A DNA stretch of 64,000 nt from Ascoidea asiatica JCM 7603 (lineage: Eukaryota > Fungi > Ascomycota), in contig BCKQ01000002.1 in NCBI GenBank assembly GCA_001600695.1, positions 1,075,184 through 1,139,183 on the forward strand, written 5' to 3'. How positions within the stretch are numbered: position 1 is the stretch's first letter; each line of letters begins with the position of its first letter. A model generated the notes under the pieces. It searched no databases. It saw nothing but the letters and a program-made list of their open reading frames with translations, and was not told the origin of the DNA. The position numbers and the translations under genes are program-made. This document shows positions 35,712-48,278 of this stretch, piece after piece.

Positions 35712-36065
35712 TTACATATAAGATTGAATAAAATTTAATCTATTAACTTCTAAAACATATTTACCAATTTTAAAACTTTGATCTTTTTGATCACAATCTA
35801 AATATTTCCAACCAATTCTTTTTTTACATTGATGACAATTTATATCACAAATTAAATAATCACCAGTTATCATTTTTTTTTTTGATTTTTTACCTTCAAT
35901 AATATTTACAACATTATTAATTAAATAAGCTTTACCAGTTGAAGATATATAATTTTTTGAAGATAATAAATTTGAAATTGATAAATGAGTTTGACATTTT
36001 CTACAAACATAAGTTTTTGTTTTTTTATTAATTGGTTCAAGAAATGTAGAATAACGTAATCCCAT
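35712..36065 (-). CDS. MOH1: Yippee-family zinc-binding protein
   Basis: MGLRYS start, two CxxC pairs, G.AYL..VVN, MITG.Y..CDI and IGWKY. Confidence 0.92.
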   Translation of the reverse strand: MGLRYSTFLEPINKKTKTYVCRKCQTHLSISNLLSSKNYISSTGKAYLINNVVNIIEGKKSKKKMITGDYLICDINCHQCKKRIGWKYLDCDQKDQSFKIGKYVLEVNRLNFIQSYM

Positions 36066-37049
36066 TATTTTTATAATTATAATATTAGTAATAAATGTAT
36101 ATATATTGTATATAGAAAAATAGATGAATAATTAAGTGATAATTTAATAAGTTGTAATATAATATAATATAATATAATATAATATAATATAAAATAGATA
36201 ATTAAAAAGATAGGAAATTGAATGAATTTATAAGATTTGAATAATATGAATAATATGAAATGAAATGATACAATACAATAGATATAATAGTTATTGTAGT
36301 TATGCAGTAGTGTAACACAGTCCAGTAGTTAAGCAGTTAAGTAGTTACTTAGTTACTTAGTTACTTAAGTAGTTAATGACTTCATGATTATTTGCGACAA
36401 TAACTTTACCGATTGGGATTAAGTGATAGTGATAGTGATAGTGATAGTGATTGATTGTTAGTGGTTAAGTACAGATAATTTCTTTTTAACTCGAGTTGCT
36501 TGACTCAAGTAGGTTCAAGAGCACTTTAAATGGAGACTGTCGAAGAAGAGTAAAACAATAAATAAATAAATAATACAAAACCAAAGCAAGGAACTTGAAG
36601 ATAAAGCTCGTGCAGTGAAATGAGATGCGTGTGAAGAGAGAAGAGAAGAGAAGAGAAAGAAAGTGAAGGTGAAAGTGAAGGTGAACTGGAACTGGAACTG
36701 GAACTGCGTCGCACACGCAAACTTCTTATTAACCTCTCATTGACCTCTTCTTAATTACTGCTCTGCTGCTCTCGTCCGCTTTAGGAAACTTTATAAAGTC
36801 TGCACTCTGCTCATTTGCATTCCATTCGCTTTCTTGTTTCTTGTTACCCTCGCCACTCGCCACTCGCCACCTTCCACTCAGACCCTCTTTTCCTTACCCT
36901 GCCAGACCCCTTCTTGATCTCCCTCTCCATCTCCATCTCAGGATCAGGATCAGTATTTGAATATTCAGGTGCAATTTAATGATCTTTATTATAATTACAA
37001 TCAAACTCAATTTACAATAACCACAATCACAATCACAATCACAATCACA

Positions 37050-37793
37050 ATGTTCAAGAAATTATTCAAAGTTCCAGAAACAAAATCAATTGAAACTGTA
37101 TTAGATTTCTCAAGAGAAAATGAAATTTCAAAAATTTTAACAAGATCTGATCAAGAAATTGGTGGTTTCTCAACAGTAAATTTTGATATAATAAATAACA
37201 CCAACAAAACCAAAACCAAAACCAATAATGAAATTAAAAAAATTGCTCATTTTCATGGTTATTTAAACTTAGATACTCCTGAAAATAATCCTGAAGTAAT
37301 TCAATCTGGTTATGCAATGTTTAGAACAAAAGATTTAAAATCAAATTTTTTTAAAAATCAAAATTATTTAAATTGGTCAACTTTTAATCAATTAGCTATA
37401 AAATTAAAAGGTGATTCAAGAAAATATTTTTTAAATATTCAAGCTGATTCTTCAATGATTACTGATATTTATCAACATAGAATTTATTTAAATAATATTA
37501 ATAATTGGGAAATAATTTTTATACCTTTAAATCAATTTGTTTTAACTAATTGGGGTATAATTAAAGATCAAGATTCTTTAGATACTTCTAAAATTAAATC
37601 AATTGGTATTGGAATCTTAGATAGACAATTTGGTCCTTTTAATTTATATATAGATTGGATTAAAGTTATGTCTGGTACTAATGTTATAGATACTGCAATA
37701 AATTCAAGACTTCATAATAATAATAATAATCAAAATGATAATGATAATGATAATGATAATAAAGATGATGAACTACCAAATCCAATAATCTAA
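37050..37793 (+). CDS. CIA30: Complex I intermediate-associated protein 30 (NDUFAF1 family)
   Basis: RSDQEIGGFS, SGYAMFRT, KGDSRKYFLNIQ..DIYQHR and GPFNLYIDWIK; first ATG at 37050. Confidence 0.9.
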   Translation: MFKKLFKVPETKSIETVLDFSRENEISKILTRSDQEIGGFSTVNFDIINNTNKTKTKTNNEIKKIAHFHGYLNLDTPENNPEVIQSGYAMFRTKDLKSNFFKNQNYLNWSTFNQLAIKLKGDSRKYFLNIQADSSMITDIYQHRIYLNNINNWEIIFIPLNQFVLTNWGIIKDQDSLDTSKIKSIGIGILDRQFGPFNLYIDWIKVMSGTNVIDTAINSRLHNNNNNQNDNDNDNDNKDDELPNPII

Positions 37794-37931
37794 TAATTTA
37801 ATAATTTAATAATTTAATAACCTAATAATCTATTCAATAATATTCAATAAATAATACTTATAAATAATACTTATAAATAATACTTCATAATAATAATAAA
37901 ATTGTAATATATATTAAAATTATACCAATAA

Positions 37932-37948
37932 TTACGTAACGTCACGTG
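37932..37948. promoter_or_regulatory. Adjacent bZIP/Yap-type TTACGTAA and Cbf1 GTCACGTG sites upstream of the BAG-domain gene
   Basis: Two palindromic cores back to back, about 220 bp upstream of ATG 38169. Confidence 0.45.
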
Positions 37949-38168
37949 TCTTTTTTTTTTCTTAAATATATTGAAATTTCATTTGAAACTAGCTTTAAAC
38001 TGAACAAAATGAAAATAACAACAATAACAAAAATAATCAAAAGGGAAACATTAAATCAGTGTAAATGAATTAAAATTTACATATAAATCATTTTATAATA
38101 ACTTTTTTCTTTTATTATTCTTCATAATCTTATCAATTCTTTAATATTTCTCAATTTCTTTTAAAAAA

Positions 38169-38918
38169 ATGAATGTTGTTGAACCTTTACTTATAAAATA
38201 TCAATCAAAAATTGAATCTTATCTTCTTCAAAATTTTAATAATTTATTATTAAATACTTTAAATTTAACTCCAAAATTTATACATAATTTATCAAATCCA
38301 ATTATTCCAACTACTTTAATGTTAATCATGGCTTCAACAACTTTTAAATTTTTTAAAAATATTTTAAATTCTTCTACAAAAAATTCTTATTCATATAAAA
38401 TTAGTAAAAATTCATTAAAAAATAAAAAAAGAAAAAAAAATAAGAAAAAATTATCTCCTTTAAATCAATCAAAATTAGATTTATCTAATTTAAATGAAAA
38501 TTTTAGAAATAAAATTTTCCCAGAAATTACTAAATTTCTTTTAGATTTACATAGTGCTTATAATTATTTTAATAATAAAAAATTTAATAAAGATATTAAT
38601 TCAGATATTGATTCAGAAAATGATTTTGAAAATGATTTTGAAAATAATTTAGATAATAAATTAGATAATAATTTAGATAATTTTAATCAAGAAAATTCAA
38701 ATGATGAAACAATTAAAAATATTTTAGATAAAGCTTATTATAATTATTTATATTATGATGATATTCTTTTAAAAGAATTATTAAAATTAGATTCTATTCA
38801 AACTTTTAATAATGATGAATTAAGATCTCAAAGAAAATCTCAAATTAAATCTTTACAATCTTTATCTGATCAATTAGATATTATTAAAAAAGAATATAAT
38901 CTTCATGAATCTGATTAA
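38169..38918 (+). CDS. SNL1: BAG-domain Hsp70 nucleotide exchange factor (Snl1-like)
   Basis: Hydrophobic segment, K-rich linker, C-terminal YLYYDDILLKELLKLDSI..ELRSQRKSQIK.LQ...QLD. Confidence 0.78.
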   Translation: MNVVEPLLIKYQSKIESYLLQNFNNLLLNTLNLTPKFIHNLSNPIIPTTLMLIMASTTFKFFKNILNSSTKNSYSYKISKNSLKNKKRKKNKKKLSPLNQSKLDLSNLNENFRNKIFPEITKFLLDLHSAYNYFNNKKFNKDINSDIDSENDFENDFENNLDNKLDNNLDNFNQENSNDETIKNILDKAYYNYLYYDDILLKELLKLDSIQTFNNDELRSQRKSQIKSLQSLSDQLDIIKKEYNLHESD

Positions 38919-39170
38919 TTCTCTTAATTGTATTTTATATCAAATTCTTTTTTTTTTTCTCTCTCTCTTTCTACTTATATATATATATATATATATACAA
39001 TATAATCTTAATATAATCTTAATATTATTAAAAATATAAATAAAAATTTATTATAAAAATTTATTATAAAACTTTCCCAAATTAACCCAATAATTAACTA
39101 CCACTATATTAAACCTCTAGAATTATTTATATATTTATATCATTATCTATATATATAAATTGTATATAAT

Positions 39171-41349
39171 TTATCGAAATCCAGATGATCTCTTTCTAAA
39201 AAGAAAATTTGATAAACTCTTCTTTCTAGAAAGTGAATTTTTACTCTTAAGTTTCTTCTTATCTTTACCACTATCCTTATTATTAATTGAATCTGTATTT
39301 ATAACTGTAAAATTGGTATTATGAACTGTAATATTTGTAGTTTTATTAACTTTCTTTTTATCTTGCTTATCTTCTTTGTTGTCGTTAATATAATCTTCTT
39401 TAATATCATTATAATCATCTTTACTTGAAAAATTTATTTCATCAAAATCATTTTTTTTATTAAAATTACTTATTATCTTATCTGAATTAGCTATTATTTC
39501 ATTAATTTGTTCATTTCTATCTTTTTCTTCTTCCCAATGAGTTTTAGTTTTATGAAGTAAATTACCTGTTGTATTTTGAATAATATTACCACTTATTGTT
39601 CTTCTATTCTTAACTTTTTTTTCATTAATATTACTAATATTATTAATATTATTTTTAATACTACTTTTATTATTCTTGGAATAACTATCAAAACTTTTAA
39701 CATAATGAATATTTTCTAAATTTCCATTTGAAATAATATTATTAGTTTTATCTGTATTGATTCCATTAATTTCAAAAAAAAATTGATCTGAACGTTGAGA
39801 ATTAGGTATAAATTTTGAATTTAAAATTGATTCATTTCCAATTTCAAATGAAATTTTACTATCAAAATTATCTTGATCATCAAAACTAAATCTTTCATTA
39901 TCAAAAAAATTAATATTTTTATCAAAATTAGAATTAAATTCTGAATTTTTTATTGATGTATTTGGAAATTTCTTATTTTTTTCATCAATTTTATCATCAA
40001 TTTTATCATCGATTGTATTTTCTTTATTTTTGTTTAATTTATCAGAACTTAAAATTATTGAAAAATCATTTAAATCAAAACTATTATCTGATAATTGACT
40101 ATTTAATGGTGGTTTTGTTAAATGAATTTTATCTATTTCTATCTCATTTTCCTTTTCTTCATCACTAAATATTGAAGAAGCATATGGAACAGAAATCTTT
40201 GTAACATTATTAAGACCATCAAATGGACTTGGTAATGTACTGGTTGTAAGATTATCATCAAATCTACTATGACCACTAAAATAACTTTTATTGTTATTTT
40301 TATCTTTTCTTACATCATAGTTTTTTATATCACAATCATCATTACGTTCATGATCATCGATATCATTATCATTATCATCATCATCATCACCAAAAGATCT
40401 GTAATTGAAATTGGTAGTATTGATTTTCAATTTTTGCATATATTTCATACTTTCAATTGCGTGAAGATTATTATTATTATTACTAAGTTCTTCAATATAA
40501 CTATCATCCATGATTGTAGTTGTAGGATATGTAGTTTTTTTTTGTTTACTGAAAATTGGAGATAAATTATTATCATCTACTTTTTCTTTTATGGTATCAG
40601 GAATTGAATCTAAAGTACTAACACTATTGTTGTCTGGAATTGAAGATTTACGAGAAGTAAAAGAATATCCAAGAGAACTACTATTTGAAAATTTTCTATT
40701 ACGATTTTGAATATTTTGTTTATGTTTATTGTAAATTTTAGTTTTAATATTATTGGAATTATTATTTTTATTAAGATCATTGTTATTATTATTATTATTA
40801 TTATTCTTGTTGTTGTTTTTGTTGCTATGATTACTATTCATACTGGCCTTATAACCAAGTTTTAAAATAGTTTTACCTCTTTTGAGATTAGTTGAAAAAA
40901 ATCCATTATAATTATTTGAATTTTTATTTGAATTAAACATTGAATTAGAATTTGAATTAATATTTGATTGAATATTGTCATTTGAGGGTGAATTGAAGTT
41001 TGAATTGGAATTTAAATTGGATTTTGAATTTGAATTTGAATTGTAATCAAATTCTATATTTTGGTTTGATTTGGGACTAAAACTAGTATCATTTAATATT
41101 GAATTTTCATTTAAAAAATGATTGAAATTTTCAATATTGATATTATCATCAAGAGTTTGAATACTGAAACGATTGAAAGTTCTATGAAAACAAACAGAAA
41201 AAGAAAATTAGAAGTAATTATAATGTGTTAGTTGATTGTTTATATAAATCAAGAAAACGAATTGATTATTATTTTTTTACTTACCGATCAATTAAATTTT
41301 TGAAACTTGCATCATCTATTTCTAGATCACTTTTTATTTCTTGTGTCAT
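39171..41349 (-). CDS. Orphan N/S/D-rich protein; exons 41349-41285 and 41181-39171 (~691 aa)
   Basis: A phase-2 intron GTAAGT..AACTAAC..TAG (41284-41182) joins MTQEIKSDLEIDDASFKNLIDR in frame to the track ORF; no recognisable domain. Confidence 0.7.
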
Positions 41350-42229
41350 TTGGAATATGGAATTGCTTTTTGTTTTGAAATGTGTAATGAATGAATTTTT
41401 TTGAGAAAAAAGTTATGTTTATTTATAATTCTGTTTTTTTTTCTCAAAATTTAAAAAGTAAAGGAATGAATAAAGCAAAAAAACAATGATTGATAAAAGA
41501 AAAGATAAAAAGATAAGAAAAGAACAATAATTAAAATCAGGTTTAAAAACAAGATAATCAATTATATTAATTGAGAATCAATTGATGAAAGTATGTGATT
41601 TATATTTGTTTATCAAAGGTATGTGATTCAATAAAGGTAGTTTAATAAATAAAAATGTAACGGAAAAGCTACACCAATGCTTCTTTTAAGCTACAATACG
41701 TATATCAAATTATTATTAAAAGCCTCTTCCCATACATAGACTCTTACCCAAAAATGAAATTATGAGAATTCAGGCAACATTTCAAGAAAACATTTAACTT
41801 TAGAAGGAGGATTTAAAACAAATAAAGTTGATTGTTATGGTTGCCCTGGTATGTTACAGTTTAGAATCACACTCAACTTCACTTTTGAATACTTTTTAAA
41901 AAAATTAGTATTAAATCGAATATTAATGCTGTATAATTTCAATTCGGAATCAAAATCAACTTTTCTTTAGAATATTCATATTCCTGAAAGTTGATAAATA
42001 ACGAATAACATAAAAGTCATTTGAATTCATCATTGAATAAACAATGATTATATCAATTTAAGAACAATAGCCCATCCCAAACTGTTCATTAAGTTCTCAT
42101 AATTTTCATTATTAAATAAATCTCTATTTTAGATCTGAAGCACTCCATTTCCACATTCCCAAACTATGCAGCTGAGATTCAACTTCCTTCTCCAGGGTTC
42201 AATCTCAAATCCAGGATCTTGGTCTCAAC

Positions 42230-42246
42230 CGGAGGACATAAATCCG
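42230..42246. promoter_or_regulatory. Gal4-type CGG-N11-CCG site
   Basis: CGGAGGACATAAATCCG, with a CCAAT box about 15 bp downstream. Confidence 0.55.
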
Positions 42247-42893
42247 GAGAAATTCACAAGCCAATCAAATGAGCACGGAATTTGTTAAAGGTTATATCAA
42301 ATAATTGCGGCTATGACGGCAGTGTGATAGTTATTTGAAAGTGTCTTTAATTCGGATGTTCGTTAACGATTCCACGGTCGTTAATTATCTCCGAGTGTTC
42401 TTGATAACTTCTTTTATACGTTCGTCAACAAATTGCTAGAAACACCCCAACTTTAATTTTTTTCCGACGCGTTTTCCTGCCAAAATTGTAGCATTTGCAG
42501 ATAAATGCATTGATCCCGTTAGAATGGTTATTATGAAACTATGTTTATCGATAACCTGCATATTTATATTTTCAAACCTCGTTACAGTATGTTTAGAATT
42601 TTTAAAATTTGATAAATTTAATAGGTTTATCAGGTTTTGATCATTAACTTCAATTATGCAATATTCAATTCTTTATGTTATTAAAAATAACCGAGACATC
42701 ATAAACAAAGAGAATTTAGTAAGAATATAACTTTTACTTTTGTTATTTTCTTTAAATTCAATTATTAAAATTCATATATTTTTCCTCTTTAAAACTTAAG
42801 AATCTACGAATAATTATGATAAATTACACTTAAAAACTTTTGATTTTTTATTAATTCTGATAAAAAATGATTTCTTTTTGTTATTCAAATTAC

Positions 42894-43111
42894 TTATTTT
42901 TGCAATTTTTCTTCTTCCATTTTTTTAATTCTCATTTCCGCAGCTCTTGCTCTTTTTTCTCTCATTATTCTTCTTTTTTGTTCATCACTTAAAGAATTTA
43001 AATTATCATCAAATTTTTTTGTTTTTGTTAAATAATGATCCACTGGATTATTGTTATTGTTATTATTATTACTTTTTAAATTTTTCTTTTTATTTTTATT
43101 TTTATTTTTAA

Positions 43112-43145
<34 letters not shown>

Positions 43146-43903
43146 TTTTTTCTCAATTTCTAAATTTTTTAAATTTTTTAAATTTTCAGCTTCTTCAGAA
43201 ATTATTTTTTTTAATTCATTTTGATTTTTTAATTCTTCTTGTTCTTTAGAAATTTTAGAATTATTAATTAAAATTTTAATTTCATTTTCATTTAATGGTG
43301 GACCAATATTAGTTTTTTTCCAATTAAAAAAATTTTCACCTAAATTTTTTCTTGCTAATTGAAAAGAATATCTTGTTTCATTTGAATTTTTATTTTTTGG
43401 TATTAAATCCCATGAATTTTTATTAAATTTATTTTTTAAAGTTGGATCACAATGTAAATTATTAATTAAAATATATGAAATATGTGATAAATTATTTAAA
43501 GCAGAATAATGTAATAAAGTTGGAGTTTTATTTAAATTTAAAGAATTTGAGAAAATGAATTTATTTGCAATTAAATTATTATTTTTTAAATATAATAAAA
43601 GATTTGAAGATTTTGATTTTTTTAATAATTTTATTAATTCAATTGAATGATCTTCAAGTATTGATTCTTCATTATCAGATTCATCATCATCAGAGTTAAT
43701 TTCATTTTTATTTTCATTTTTATTTTCATTTTCAATTAAATTTAATGAATTTTTTTTAATTAATTTTGGTAAATTATTAATTTGAAGAAAATTTAATTTT
43801 ATAAAAGATTTTTTAATTTCAGATAAACTTGGTTTACCAGTTGTAAAAGGTAAAGTTTTAATTCTTTTATCATTTTTATCAAATAAATAATTATTTTGTT
43901 GAC

Positions 43904-43942
<39 letters not shown>

Positions 43943-44357
43943 CTTTAAAGAATATTTTTAAATTATTTGAATTTGATCTAATAAAAATATTTTTACAATT
44001 TTTATTTGAAGATAAATATGGTTTCCAAATTTTTAATAAATTTTTAATATCATTAATTAAAGATAATTCATTTGCTCTTCTTAAATTTGAACCAACACTT
44101 TTTGCATTACCATTTGAATTATCAAAATTAGATTGAGAAGAACCTTGTTTTTTTCTTGTAGTATATTTATGAATTGTTTTATGATTTAAAAGATTTATTA
44201 AAGGTAAATAAATTGATTGTAAATTTGAATTGAGATTAAAATTTTTAATTAAATTAGTATCTAAATTTGTGTTTAAATTTAAATTATCTGAGATTATTGC
44301 ACTTGCAAAATGTCCACCACCAATCATAAAATAAGCAGAATATGATTCAGATTTTAA

Positions 44358-44390
<33 letters not shown>

Positions 44391-44849
44391 ATTTGATAAA
44401 TGATTTTGTTTTAATAATTTTAAAGAATTTATTGGATCTTTTAATTGATTATCATTTAATAAATTTTTATAAATTGTAAAAAATTTTAAATCTTCTTGTT
44501 GTTTTATATTATTTTTATTATTTTTATTTAAAAAATCTAATAAATTTGAATTGAAATAAATAAATGGACTTCTTGAATTTAAATGATTTAAATTTGATTG
44601 ATTTTCAATAAATTTTTCATTTTTTAAATTTTTTAAATTTTGTAAATTTTGTAAAATTATATAATCTTTTAATTCTTCTTTATTATTAAAATTTTTTGCT
44701 TCATTTGATAAATAATCAAAATATGTTAAATTTAATGAATTTATTATAGAATCTGATAAATTATTTATATATAAATCTAATGGAGAAAATGGAAATGGTT
44801 GATTATTTATTGATAAAGAATTTGAAAATTTATTTGAATTTGTAGTCAT
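42894..44849 (-). CDS. VMS1: Vms1/ANKZF1 ribosome quality-control factor and Cdc48 cofactor
   Basis: FMIGGGHFASAI, HKTIHKYTTRKKQGSSQS..AKSVGSNLRRANE (vLRF1), ankyrin-like PTLLHYSA..CDPT and C-terminal VIM REKRARAAEMR. Confidence 0.92.
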
Positions 44850-44962
44850 TTTGTAATAAAGTGAATGATTAATGAATGGATTTGGTTCTTTGAGTAATGA
44901 AGACCTCTTTGTCTAGTTTCTTAATGGATTACTATTACTTTCATATATTAACAGTATTCAAG

Positions 44963-44964
<2 letters not shown>

Positions 44965-44994
<30 letters not shown>

Positions 44995-45016
44995 CTTCTT
45001 CTTCTTCTTCTTCTTC
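44965..45016. repeat. (CTT)n microsatellite, ~17 copies, upstream of VMS1
   Basis: Visible directly. Confidence 0.95.
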
Positions 45017-45588
45017 AATTCAATTAATTCAAATCATTTCAAATCATTTCAGTTTCTGGAGGTGAATGAAATTAAATTTATCAACAAAATAAAAAAACGT
45101 GAGGAAATTACCGCATTGGGAACGCAAGCCACCACAGCCACACTTATACTAATACGGCAACCGTGGCCAGTGCATTTCAAACCAAAACCACAAGAAAAAG
45201 AAAGAGAAACTGCTGTGGGTGGGTGAGTTCCGTGGCTGTTTTCTCGCCTGTTCAAACTGCTCCAATCAGACACTTTCTGCTGGCAAAGACCAATGAAAGA
45301 CCAGGGCTGGTTCTGGCTGGTTCTGGCTGGGTTCCTTTCAAGGGATTTCAGCTGTATTCAACACCCTCAAAACACTGGCAATAACAAGAATATTGATTAT
45401 ATCTCTTCAAATATACATATAATACAGTATATATAATATATATATATTATATATATATATTACCCATTGATACTCTTTGATACTTTCTAATAATGAGATA
45501 ATTCAATCAAATATTTGTATTAATCAAGTGATAAACAAGTGATAAACAAGTGATAAATTAGTGATAGAAACTAAGAAACTTATAAATA

Positions 45589-46356
45589 ATGTCATCGGAA
45601 ACTTCAATTCCTACAGAAACTGAAGATATTATAAAATTTTTATCAAATTATACTCCATGTGATATTTCTGATGCTTTATCAAAATATGGTGATAATAATG
45701 GTGGTTTTTTTCCAAATTTAATTCAAAGATCTGGTTTTTTAAATAATTCAAATGCAAATCAAAATTTAAATCAAAATTTAAATCAAAATTCAATTGTTGG
45801 TACTGCATATACTGTATTATATGCATCAATAAATGATCCAAGACCTTCAATAAAAGAAAATTATATAGATTCAATACCAATAAATTCAATTTTAATTATA
45901 TCTTTAGATAAATCTTTACAATTACCTTATTCACCATTTATTAAAATAAATAATGCTTTATATGGAGGTTTAATGTCAACAAGAGCAAAATTTCAAAAAA
46001 TTAATGGTTCAATAATTTTTGGTAGAATTAGAGATATTAATGAACATAAAATTTTAAATTTTCCAGTATTTTCATATTCTTTAGGTACAACATCTCCAAA
46101 AAATTTATTAAAAGTTGTTGAAATTCAAAAATCAATTGAAATTTTAAATAATAATAGCTATCAAATTATTAATCCTGGTGATTTTATAATTGCTGATGAA
46201 AATGGTATGGTTAGATTACATAAAAATGATCCAAATTTAATAAAAATTTTAAATTATATTCCAAAAAGAGTTAAAGCTGATGAATTAATTAATAAAGATA
46301 TTAATAATGGTATTACAGTTTCTAAATCTCAAAAATTTCGTCGTAAAGATTTATAA
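45589..46356 (+). CDS. RraA-like HMG aldolase/oxaloacetate decarboxylase (YER010C family)
   Basis: TPCDISDAL, GTAYTV, NALYGGLMSTRA..G..IFGRIRD and INPGDFIIADENG.V. Confidence 0.9.
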   Translation: MSSETSIPTETEDIIKFLSNYTPCDISDALSKYGDNNGGFFPNLIQRSGFLNNSNANQNLNQNLNQNSIVGTAYTVLYASINDPRPSIKENYIDSIPINSILIISLDKSLQLPYSPFIKINNALYGGLMSTRAKFQKINGSIIFGRIRDINEHKILNFPVFSYSLGTTSPKNLLKVVEIQKSIEILNNNSYQIINPGDFIIADENGMVRLHKNDPNLIKILNYIPKRVKADELINKDINNGITVSKSQKFRRKDL

Positions 46357-46500
46357 ATTACATACTTTTTACTTAACTTTATTAAAATTAATATTATAAA
46401 ACATAAGAATATTATAGATTAAATTATATAAAAAAACATGTAAACAAATAAACAAATAAACAAATAAAAACCAACGTACATTAACACTATATGAACTTAT

Positions 46501-47685
46501 TCATTTGATTGAACCTTCTTCATCATCTTCATCATTATCATCTTCTTCAGATTCTTCAGATTCTTCTTCATCATCATCCTCTTCATCATCCTCTTCTTCT
46601 AATGGCATTTCATTGATTTCTTTAAGAGATTTTTCTAAATTAAAAATTACAGCTTTATGAAAATTTATTTGAATTGTCATAAATATTTTAATTAAATTTA
46701 TTGCTTCTAAAGAATTTGTAATATTTTTCATTAATTTAACTGAATTTGATAAATCATTAATTAATTTATCTTCTGCAATTTCTAATTTATTATTTAATTC
46801 TTCTAATCTTTTCTTATTATTATTATTATTATTATTATTACTACTACTACTACTACCAATATCATTACTATTATCACTTTTATTTTCATTAAAATTATTT
46901 AAAACTTTAATTTCATGTCTTAATAAATCTAAAATTGTTTTAGAATTTGATACTTTATTTCTTGATTCAGAAATTTTTTTAAAATTATTATTTAAAATAA
47001 ATGTAATTTTATCATTAAAATTCTCACAAATTAATTTATCTTGTTCTAATCTATTATTACCAATTTTATTACATGTTTCTCCCCATTTAAATAAAATTTT
47101 TGCTAATGAATCTTCCTCTTCTTCTTCTTCTTCATCTTCGCCCTCATCTTCTTCTCTATTCTGTTTATTTTCTTTTCTTTCTTTTTCAATAATCTTTAAA
47201 AGATTATCTCTTGATGTAAAACAAACTCTTGATAATGCATGTGCTAAAGTTTGTGGATATTGTTGTGTATTACTTGGACTTGATAATATATTTTCAGCTT
47301 CTTCTGTAGTTGTAGCAGTTGCTAAACCTTGAACTTTTTCTGAAAATGTTTTTGAAAAATCAAGAAATGATTCTGTTAAATTTGGTGGATAATCATATGA
47401 TTCAATTTCATAAGTTTGAGTAATTGTTAAAATTTTTTTATAAATTGTTTTTAATTGATCACATTTTTTTTCTAATAAAAGATAATCATTTGGTAATTTA
47501 CTAACTTCTTCAATTGGTAATGTTAATTTCTCTTGAACTAATTTTATTGTTCTTTGTGTTAAAGGTTGTAAATTATCATTTAAAGCTTTATTTACATCTT
47601 TAGAAATTTCTTTAAAACTTCCTTGTAATGAAGATGAAATATTTTGTAAATTAACATTAAAACTTTTTGGAAATGTAAATGACAT
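46501..47685 (-). CDS. GVP36: BAR-domain Golgi vesicle protein
   Basis: QEKL..VSKLPNDY..LEKK.D, YEIESYDYPPNL.ES and PQTLAHALSR. Confidence 0.9.
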   Translation of the reverse strand: MSFTFPKSFNVNLQNISSSLQGSFKEISKDVNKALNDNLQPLTQRTIKLVQEKLTLPIEEVSKLPNDYLLLEKKCDQLKTIYKKILTITQTYEIESYDYPPNLTESFLDFSKTFSEKVQGLATATTTEEAENILSSPSNTQQYPQTLAHALSRVCFTSRDNLLKIIEKERKENKQNREEDEGEDEEEEEEEDSLAKILFKWGETCNKIGNNRLEQDKLICENFNDKITFILNNNFKKISESRNKVSNSKTILDLLRHEIKVLNNFNENKSDNSNDIGSSSSSNNNNNNNNKKRLEELNNKLEIAEDKLINDLSNSVKLMKNITNSLEAINLIKIFMTIQINFHKAVIFNLEKSLKEINEMPLEEEDDEEDDDEEESEESEEDDNDEDDEEGSIK

Positions 47686-48278
47686 TTTGTTTATATCTTA
47701 TAATAGATTTATATATATACAGTATATAATATAACACACAATTGATAAAATATATATATTAATTTAAGTATGTTTCTTATCTCTTTAAGACTCAAGATAC
47801 AGATAAATATATAGCAAATAAACATCAAAAATTGATTAAAATCAGTCCTGTTTCACGTCAGGCTCAAGCTGTACGGGTGTTAAAGGTTTGCCCCAGGGAA
47901 GAGTTGCTGCCTGTGGGAATAGAATACATTTTATCCTCCCATTTAAACAGGTATTTACACACTTAACATAAACTCTACAATATTATAAAAAATATAATAA
48001 ATACTATTTTAATCAGGGAATAGATAATAGAATAATAAAATAAATAAATAAATTACAGTAAATTACAATACAATACAGTAAAAATAATATTAAAGAATAG
48101 GTCAACAACAAAAACAGAATTAAAAATAGAAATAAATATTGAAATAAAAAATAAGTAAAAGAGATAATCACTCTCGAAACAAAGATGATAGAGTCAAGAA
48201 CAAATCACAAACAAAGCAGGCTAGGTTCAGAGTTTAAGAAAGAATTAATTAAGAAAATATAATAATAGATTGAAAAGT

